64,000 bases of DNA from Eledone cirrhosa (Eukaryota), in NCBI GenBank assembly GCA_964016885.1, contig OZ024759.1, forward strand, positions 28,520,001-28,584,000, given 5' to 3'. Positions 54,486 to 64,000 of this stretch are shown here, in pieces. Numbering within the stretch: the first letter of the stretch is position 1; each line of letters starts with the position of its first letter. Below the pieces are notes generated by a model. The model was not told where the DNA came from. It saw only the letters and a list, made by a program, of their open reading frames with translations, and ran no database searches. The position numbers and the translations under genes were made by a program.

Positions 54486-54875
54486 CAACAACTGATTCTT
54501 TTTTCAAATACCACTTTGGAAGAAGAGTCAGGATGGAGAGAGAGGTGCTGTACCCCAGCAAGTTTTATGAAAGGTGGGTGAAAGTGGCGAGAATGGCCCG
54601 AGTGAATGGGCCTTCTCTCTATATCAGCCTGTAGGCTGAGGAAAAGAAGGAGGAGAGGAAAGGAGTACAAACTCTTCGTACTCCTGGAGATGAGGGTTGC
54701 ACATTTTTTTTCGGGGGTATGTGTTACCCATATAAACTGTCTCCCCCTATTGGGGAAAATCGACTAACTTTTTAAATTCCATTTGTGATAACATTTTACA
54801 CGTTTTTATTGTATGTAAACTTCCCCCTTTGTATTTGTCCCCTTCTTTTGTGCCCCTGTGGCTAATAAAGAAATA
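54486..54875 (+). mobile_element. Tx1/L1-like LINE 3' end inserted in a (TC/TATC)n tract
   Basis: FFKYHFGRRVRMEREVLYPSKFYERWV...* (stop 54632-54634), then UTR with ccccctattgggg and ccctgtggctaataaagaaa. Confidence 0.55.
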
Positions 54876-55007
54876 TATCTATATCTCACTACCTCTCTCT
54901 CTCTCTCTATCTATCTATCTCTCTCTCTCTCTCTATCTATCTCTCTATCTATCTATCTCTCTATCTATCTCACTACCTCTCTCTCTCTCTCTCTCTATCT
55001 ATCTCTA

Positions 55008-55064
<57 letters not shown>

Positions 55065-55379
55065 ATATCTCTCCCTCTCTCCAAACACACATACGTTTGG
55101 ACATACACACACACACATAGCCTTGCACATACATTTTAATACACACGACATCTCTCTCTCCCAACACACACATGCTTGGACATACACACATGCATGAACA
55201 CATCCTTACACACACACACACACAGCTGTAAGTGTGTGTGTGTAACTATGTCTCTCTCACCTTCTCTCTCTCTCTGAAGTTTAAACAGAAGCATGCAGAC
55301 AATATATATCAATTTGAACTGTGTGTATGTATATGTGTGTGTGTGTATGTATATATATGTGTGTGTGTGTGTATGTATA

Positions 55380-55414
<35 letters not shown>

Positions 55415-55423
55415 GTGTCTATG

Positions 55424-55454
<31 letters not shown>

Positions 55455-55491
55455 ATGTATATATATATATAAGTTTGTGAGTGTGTGTATG

Positions 55492-55522
<31 letters not shown>

Positions 55523-55597
55523 ATGTATGTATATATAAGTTTGTGAGTGTGTGTATGTATATTTATATATATACATAACTTTCTGAGTGTGTCTATG

Positions 55598-55649
<52 letters not shown>

Positions 55650-56054
55650 CATAAGTTTGTGAGTGTGTGTATGTATATATATATGTGTGTGTGTGTTTAT
55701 GTATATATATATATGTGTGTGTGTGTATGTATGTATATATATATATACATAAGTTTGTGAGTGTGTGTATGTATATATATATATGTGTGTGTGTTTATGT
55801 ATATATATATATGTGTGTGTGTGTGTGTATGTATGTATATATATATATACATAGGTTTGTGAGTGTGTGTATGTATATATATATATATATATATGCCTGT
55901 GTACACACATGTACAAATACACACACACACCTACCATTAACATACTAAGGTCACTCTCCCCAATTAACATAAGGTACATTGAGGTTAATCAGCCTAATTA
56001 TAATACCTGCCCTATTTTAGACAGGGCCTTTCAATAGAGTGACAGGAGCTCTTT

Positions 56055-56650
56055 ATACCTGTCTCTCAGGTGAGGCAAATAAACACTCTCTCTCCCTAAC
56101 TAAGACATGACTGACCCTCAGGTGAGACAACCTTGATTTTTAGATGAGACAATTCATACCTGTCTCTCAGGTGAGACAATTCATACCTGTCTCCCAGCTA
56201 AGACAACCTTGATTATCATGTGAGACAACCTTGATTCTCAGGTGAGACAATTTATATCTATCTTCTCAGGTGAGACAATTTATATCTGATTCTCAGGTGA
56301 GACAATTTATACCTGTCTCTCAGGTAAGACAATTTATACCTGTCTCTCAGGTAAGACAATTTATACCTGTCTCTCATGTAAGACAATTTTTACCTGAATC
56401 TCAGGTAAGACAATTTATATCTGATTCTCAGGTAAGACAATTTATACCTGATTCTCAGGTAAGATAATGTATATCTGTCTTCCAGGTAAGACAATTTATA
56501 TCTGATTCTCAGGTAAGACAATTTATACCTGTCTTCCAGGTAAGACAATTTATATATGATTCTCAGGTAAGACAATTTATACCTGTCTCTCAGATAAGAT
56601 AATTTATACCTGATTCTCAGGTGAGACAATGAAAAACATGATTCTCAGAT
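56055..56650. repeat. 27-bp minisatellite
   Basis: caggtaagacaatttatacctgtctct and variants. Confidence 0.9.
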
Positions 56651-56689
56651 ATATTCTCAACATACACACATACTACATAGACAATTTAG

Positions 56690-58106
56690 CTACACACAGT
56701 CAGATAATATACACACACAGTCAGATAATATACACACACAGTCAGATGATATACACAGTCAGATAATATATACACACACACACAATAGTTAGATAATAAA
56801 CACACACACACGCAACAGCCAGATAATACACACACACACAATAGTTAGATAATACACACACAATAGCCAGATAATATACACACACACACATAATAGCCAG
56901 ATAATATACACACACACACATAATAGCCAGATAATATATACATACACACACAATAGCCAGATAATATACACACACACACATAATAGCCAGATAATATATA
57001 CATACACACACAATAGCCAGATAATATATACACACACACATAATAGCCAGATAATATATACATACACACACAATAGCCAGATAATATATATACACACACA
57101 CACACAATAGCCAGATAATATACACACACACACACACATAATAGCCAGATAATATACACACACACACACACACAATAGCCAGATAATACACACACACACA
57201 CACACAATAGCCAAATAATATACACACACATACATAATAGCCAGATAATATACACACACACACATAATAGCCAGATAATATACACACACATAATAGCCAG
57301 ATAATATACACACACACACACAATAGCCAGATAATATACACACACATAATAGCCAGATAATATACACACACAATAGCCAGATAATATACACACACACACA
57401 CACAATAGCCAGATAATATATACACACACACACATAATAGCCAGATAATATATACAAACAATAGCCAGATAATATACACACACAATAGCCAGATAATATA
57501 CACACACATACACACACATAATAGCCAGATAATATATACACACACACACACACAATAGCCAGATAATATATACACACACACACACATAATAGCCAGATAA
57601 TATATATACATACACACACATAATAGCCAGATAATATATACACACACACACACATAATAGCCAGATAATATATACACACACACACACACATAATAGCCAG
57701 ATAATATATACACACACACACACACATAATAGCCAGATAATATATACACACACACACACACATAATAGCCAGATAATATATATACACACACACACATAAT
57801 AGCCAGATAATATATATACACACACACACACACACACATAATAGCCAGATAATATATACACACACACACACATAATAGCCAGATAATATATACACACACA
57901 CACACATAATAGCCAGATAATATATACACACACACACACACACAATAGCCAGATAATATATACACACACACACACATAATAGCCAGATAATATATACACA
58001 CACACACACACATAATAGCCAGATAATATATACACACACACACACATAATAGCCAGATAATATATACACACACACACACATAATAGCCAGATAATATATA
58101 CACACA
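56690..58106. repeat. ~30-bp minisatellite
   Basis: atagccagataatata(ca)n. Confidence 0.95.
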
Positions 58107-58580
58107 GAAGAAGAATATATACACAAAGAAGAAGAAGAAGAAGAAGGGGAGGAGGGGGAGGAGGTGAAGAAGAAGAGAAAACAGAGAAAGAGAGAGAAAG
58201 AAAGAGAGAAAAAGTAAAAAAGAAAGGGAGACAAAGAAAAAAAGAAAGATCAAGAAAGAAAGGAAAGGCCAGCAAAATGTTCCATTTACAGCCCCCCCCC
58301 CCCCCCTTTATCCCAACAAAGTTTACGCAATAATTTGTCAAGTCATTCCAGACACATTGATGACAGAAATGATGTTTATCTCTAGAATCTAAAAGAACCA
58401 GAGATGGCAAACTCACCATTTCAAAACTTACCAATAGAGAAATGGTGAAACCAGTCTTCATTACTAATTCTTTGTCTTTTATATATATACATATCTATAT
58501 ATATATATATAAGAATTAAAATACTGGAGTGTGTTGGAGTTAAACACCCTCTTCATATTATAGAAATGACAGTATATGGA

Positions 58581-58907
58581 ATAGTGGTTAGAGCATTGGC
58601 CTTGCAATCGAAAGGTTGTGAGTTCAATTCTCAGACCGGGTGATGTGTTGTTTCCTTGAGCAAGACACTTTATTTCACATTGCTCCAGTTTACTCAGCTG
58701 TAGAAATGAAATGATAGGACTGGGGTCCCTATCATTCCACTGCAAAGTGGTCGTGGAGGTGCCACGGCAAAAAAGCACCCAGCACTCACTGTAAATGAGG
58801 TTGGTGTTAGGAAGGGCATCCAGCTGTAGAAATCAAGCCAGAATCAGTTCCCGTCCCACCCTTGCAAGCAGGGAAAAAGCGGACGTAAAATGAAATGATG
58901 ATGATGA
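58581..58907 (+). mobile_element. Same SINE, slightly 5'-clipped
   Basis: B box, core and tail as above. Confidence 0.88.
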
Positions 58908-59217
58908 AATGATTCCATACTAGCGTGGAAGATAGACGTTAAACGATGTGTATATATATATATTTATACATATATGTGTATATATACATATATATATCTA
59001 TATATATATATATATATATATATACGTTATTCCGGGTTGAAGCGGAGGTAACCACAGTAAGTAAGGTACTCAATACATTGCAGAGTATAAAAGTTTTTAT
59101 AAAAGATTCTTGATGATTTCTAAAGAATGAAACAGTTCTTGTCCTGTAGAATCTCATCTATATTAAAACTATATATATATATATGTATATATATATATAC
59201 ATATATATGTCACACAC

Positions 59218-59265
<48 letters not shown>

Positions 59266-59424
59266 ATAATAATAAATTTGAAGACTAAAATCCAAAGAGG
59301 GCTCGATAAGGATAAATATATATCAAATATATATATTGTTATGCTTTGGGAGGGTCATGTTGAAAAACAAGATGGCGTAGGACAGAACAAAGGAGAGGCA
59401 CGAAAACAAAGAAAAGAATCCCCA

Positions 59425-59467
59425 GTCACTGAAGAGGTCACAGATTGTGTGACGAAAGAACTTTGAC
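59425..59467 (+). ncRNA. Minimal type I hammerhead ribozyme motif
   Basis: gtca-CTGAAGA-g gtcaca gattg tgtgac-GAAAG aa CTT^-tgac. Confidence 0.62.
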
Positions 59468-59677
59468 AATATATGAACAACCGTCCGGTTGTGGAACCAA
59501 CCAACCAACTGGAAATTTATAAATTCTTAAATTTATAAATTTAATTTATAATAAATTGGAGTGAAAGCAACTGGTGCGTGTGCTTCTTATTGGCAACATG
59601 ACCCTCCCAAAGTATAACAATATCGGTTTCAACACACGTTTTCAGATAAAGAATCTTGCTAAACAAATTCAGAAACG

Positions 59678-59751
<74 letters not shown>

Positions 59752-60099
59752 ATATATATATATGTTATATATATATAGCTTAAATAGAATATATGAAGGC
59801 AGCTGATATTGTGGTAAAAATTATATATATCAGCACCATCTCCAACACTACCAACACCACCACCTCCACCATCACTAACACCACCATTATCACCACCATC
59901 ACCACCACCACCACCACCACCAACTATATATGCATAAATGTGTGTGTGTATATATATATATCTATATATGCATAAATATGTGTGTGTGTATATATATATA
60001 TAGATATATATGTGTATATATATATATATATAGAGATGTGTGTCTGTGTGTGTGAATATATATTATATATGTATAAATAAATATATATATATGCGTATT

Positions 60100-60133
<34 letters not shown>

Positions 60134-60699
60134 GATGTATGTGTGAATATATATGTATATGTATAAATAAATATATATATATATGCGTATTTATGTGTGC
60201 CTGTGTGTATATATATGTGTGTGTGTATATATATGTGTGTGTGCATATATATACATATATACATAGTTTAAATAAATAACTGTCAGTTATATAAAGGAAG
60301 GAAAGAAGGAATGACAGAAAAAAATTAAAGAATGGAAGAATTAATGAAAGAATGAGAAACGGGAGAAAGAAAAAAGAATAAGTATAAAAAGAAAGGTAGA
60401 AAGAAAGGAAGGAAGAGAGAAGGAAAGAGTCAAAGAAAGAAAAAACAGAAAATTAATTTCCACACACAATTGGACCCCCCCCCCCCCACCTCCACCACCT
60501 CCATATACCTTCTATTTCGTCCTCATTGACACTACCACCACCACCACCACCGAAATACACCTTCACTGCCAACGCCCTAATCACCAACACCCCCACCACC
60601 ACTTCCACCAACATCATAACCATCCTTACCCCCCACTAACCACCACTACCACCATCATCACCATCATTACTACCCTCACCATCATATCTATCCTCATCA

Positions 60700-61275
60700 C
60701 CACCATTACCACACCACCACCACGTCCTCACCCCCACTACACCACCACCACCACATCCTTACCCCCATTACACCACCACCACATGCTCACCCCCATCACA
60801 TCCTTACCCCCACTACACCACCACCACATGCTCACCCCCATTACACCACCACCACCACGTCCTCACCCCCATTACACCACCACCACCACCACCACGTCCT
60901 CACCCCCATTACACCACCACCACTATGTCCTCACCCTCATTACACCACCACCACGTCCTGACCCCCATTACACCACCACCACCACGTCCTTACCCCCATT
61001 ACACCACCACCACCACCACCATGTCCTCACCCTCATTACACCACCACCACGTCCTCACCCCCATTACACCACCACCACCATGTCCTCACCCTCATTACAC
61101 CACCACCACATCTTCACCCCCATTACACCACCACCACCACGTCCTTACCCCCATTACACCACCACCACGTCCTCACGCCCATTACACCACCACCACCACC
61201 ACCACCACCACCACCACGCCCTCACGCCCATTACACCACCACCACCACGCCCTCACGCTCATTACACCACCCCAC
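60700..61275. repeat. ~30-bp C-rich minisatellite
   Basis: cctcacccccattaca(cca)n cgt. Confidence 0.88.
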
Positions 61276-61416
61276 CCCCCACCTGTCTTATCCATCTAAA
61301 CTCATTTATTTCATCATTTTCCCTGACATTTTTTACCTCAGCTTTCCATTTAGTTGGGCCACCCAAGGGTCTCGAATATATTTATTTATTTACCAATGTT
61401 TGTTGATGTTATTATT

Positions 61417-61715
61417 AGGGCGGTGGATTGGCAGAATCGGTAGAGCGTCGGACACTCTGTTTCGTAGCAATGAGTTACGTTACACCCTTTACATTCTGAG
61501 TTCAAAATCCACAGAGATTAGCTTTGTCTTTCATCCTTACGGGGGTCAATAAAATCAAGTACCAGTAATGCACTGATGTTGATTTAATCGATTTTTCCCT
61601 TCCCCAAAAAGTCGTTAGAATGTCAGATAGTTGAGTTCAAATCCCACCCCGAGGTCAACTTTGCCTTTCATTCTTTTGAGGTCAGGTAAAATAAAGTACC
61701 AGTTATGTACTGGTG
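61417..61715 (+). mobile_element. Two older Deu/Nin-like SINE copies
   Basis: ggcggtggattggcagaatcggtagag head; ctttcatccttacggggg and ctttgcctttcattc cores. Another fragment at 749-797 (-). Confidence 0.75.
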
Positions 61716-61809
61716 TCAATGTAATCAACTTGTCGTTAGTGTTATTATCATTGTTATTATCAACATTGTTTTTATTATTATAATCAATGTTATTACAAAC
61801 ATGTATCTT

Positions 61810-63120
61810 AGTGTTGTTATTATGAATATATTGTTTGTTATTGTTGTTGTTATGAATATATTGTTTGTTATTGTCATTATTATGAATATATTGTTTAATA
61901 TTGTCATTATTATGATTGTATTGTTTGTTAATATTGTTATGAATATATTGTTTGTTATTTTCATTATTATGAATATATTGTTTGTTATTGTTGTCATTAT
62001 TATGACTATATTGTTTGTTATTTTTATCATTATGAATATATTGTTTGTTATTTTTATCATTATGAATATATTGTTTGTTATTTTTATCATTATGAATATA
62101 TTGTTTGTTATTTTATCATTATGAATATATTGTTTGTTATTTTATCATTGTGAATATATTGTTTGTTATTTTTATCATTATGACTATATTGTTTGTTATT
62201 TTATCATTATGAATATATTGTTTGTTATTTTTATCATTATGAATATATTGTTTGTTATTTTATCATTATGAATATATTGTTTGTTATTTTTATCATTATG
62301 ACTATATTGTTTGTTATTTTTATCATTATGAATATATTGTTTGTTATTTTTATCATTATGAATATCATCATCATCATCATCATCATCATTTTACGTCCGC
62401 TTTTCCCTGCTTGCAAGGGTGGGACGGGTCTTATTCAGCACAGCATCTCTCCACTCGTCACGGTCCCTCGTCATCTCCACCGTGAGCTTCAATGATCTGA
62501 GGTCTGTTCTCACCACCTCCGCCCATGTTTTTCGTGGTCTACCTCTACCACGTCTTCCTTCAACTGGCATTTCCTGGCACTTCTTCACCCATCGGTCATC
62601 CTCCATGCGCATCACATGTCCATACCACCTCAGTCTCCTCTCCCGTACACTACATTCTATCCCTCTCAGACACAGTTTCTCTCTCAACACATTTATGCTG
62701 GGTCGTTCACGCACATTTACACTGCACATCCAACGGAGCATGCTTGCCTCATTTCTCTCCAGCCGTCGCATATCTTCTGCGGTAGCTGCCCATGTCTCAC
62801 TACCATGCAGCATCGCGCTCCTCACACAGGCATCATACAACCAATATATTGTTTGTTATTTTTATCATTATGACTATATTGTTTGTTATTGTTGTCATTA
62901 TGATTATATTGTTTGTTATTGTTGTCATTATGATTATATAGTTTGTTATTGTTGTCATTATGATTATATTGTTTGTTATTGTTGTCATTATTATGAATGT
63001 ATTGTTTGTTATTGTTGTCGTTATTATGAATGTATTGTTTGTTATTGTTGTCGTTATTATGAATGTATTGTTTGTTATTGTTGTCGTTATTATGAATGTA
63101 TTGTTTGTTATTGTTGTTAT
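61810..63120. repeat. ~30-bp AT-rich minisatellite interrupted by RTE-2
   Basis: tattgtttgttatttttatcattatgaata. Confidence 0.92.
62364..62842 (-). mobile_element. RTE-clade LINE 3' fragment (family RTE-2) inserted in a 30-bp minisatellite
   Basis: YDACVRSAMLHGSETW...RRLRWYGHV...GRPRKTW...[12 protein letters not shown] followed directly by (GAT)n. Confidence 0.92.
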
Positions 63121-63818
63121 TCCTCAGAAAATCCCAGACAATCTCTTAATCCAACTCTGCTGTCACAGACCAATTCTACGTCTATTTATTCTATTTAACG
63201 AGTTCTAACCTTCCCTTTGTCCCACCCTTCTCGCCCTCTCTCTCTCTCTCACTCACTCACTCTCTCTATCTCTCTCGCTCTCTCACCCTCTATCTCTCTC
63301 ACTCTCTCTCACTCACTCTCTCTATCTCTCCCTCTCACTATTTCTCTCACTCTCTCTCTCCATCTCATTATTTCTTTTTTGTGTTCCTACTTACATATTC
63401 TAGCCCCTCCTGTTTCCATTTATATATATAGACAAATATATACACACATATATACACAAAGGTGCATACATGCACATTTACACACATATATACACGCACA
63501 CACACACAAAGAGACATACACACACACAAAGAGACATACACACATACATATATATATAAATACACAAACATATATATATACATATATATATTTATCTATA
63601 TAAGTATATACACAGATATATATGCATCTACATATATACACACACATACATGCATACATACATATATATATATATACACACATATATATATATATACACA
63701 CATGCACACACACAGAGGCAGAGGGATAGACAGGCCCAATATAAGCTCTCAACCCCCTCAACCTACCTCCACCCCAACATGTCCAATTCCCACAAACACA
63801 CACACACATACACATACA

Positions 63819-63859
<41 letters not shown>

Positions 63860-64000
63860 ACACACATACACGCCAAAATTATAAAATAGAAAATAAAACT
63901 CTTTTAATTTAAAAACCAATTATAATCAACAACTAATTAACATGGTGTTAGTAGTAGTGGGTGGGCTATGGGTGGGGATGGTACACTTGGTGATGATGAT

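Overview
Eukaryotic, extremely repeat-rich DNA. The SINE/LINE families and dense microsatellites suggest a coleoid cephalopod, probably Octopus (inference). The only host coding sequence I can support is two small minus-strand exons (35755-35843 and 8750-8807) of a cytosolic 5'-nucleotidase II (NT5C2-like) gene, separated by a ~27 kb intron. The rest is: one apparently intact CR1-group LINE ORF2; several RTE-clade LINE copies, one with a PHD finger inside the RT; two tRNA-derived SINE superfamilies; a DD37D Tc1/mariner relic; a Helitron-like element; a piggyBac-like MITE; Tx1-like 3' ends; many mini/microsatellites; and a 200-N gap. The most striking unexplained structure is a set of at least 7 unrelated short sequence families sitting inside (TA)n tracts. 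Most share one architecture: (TA)n - short inverted arm - long arm plus unique tail - (TA)n. Several carry type I hammerhead ribozyme motifs, which points to Penelope-like retroelement terminal-repeat relics or non-autonomous derivatives. Most long ORFs in the track are microsatellite artefacts. All family assignments were made by eye, with no database searches.
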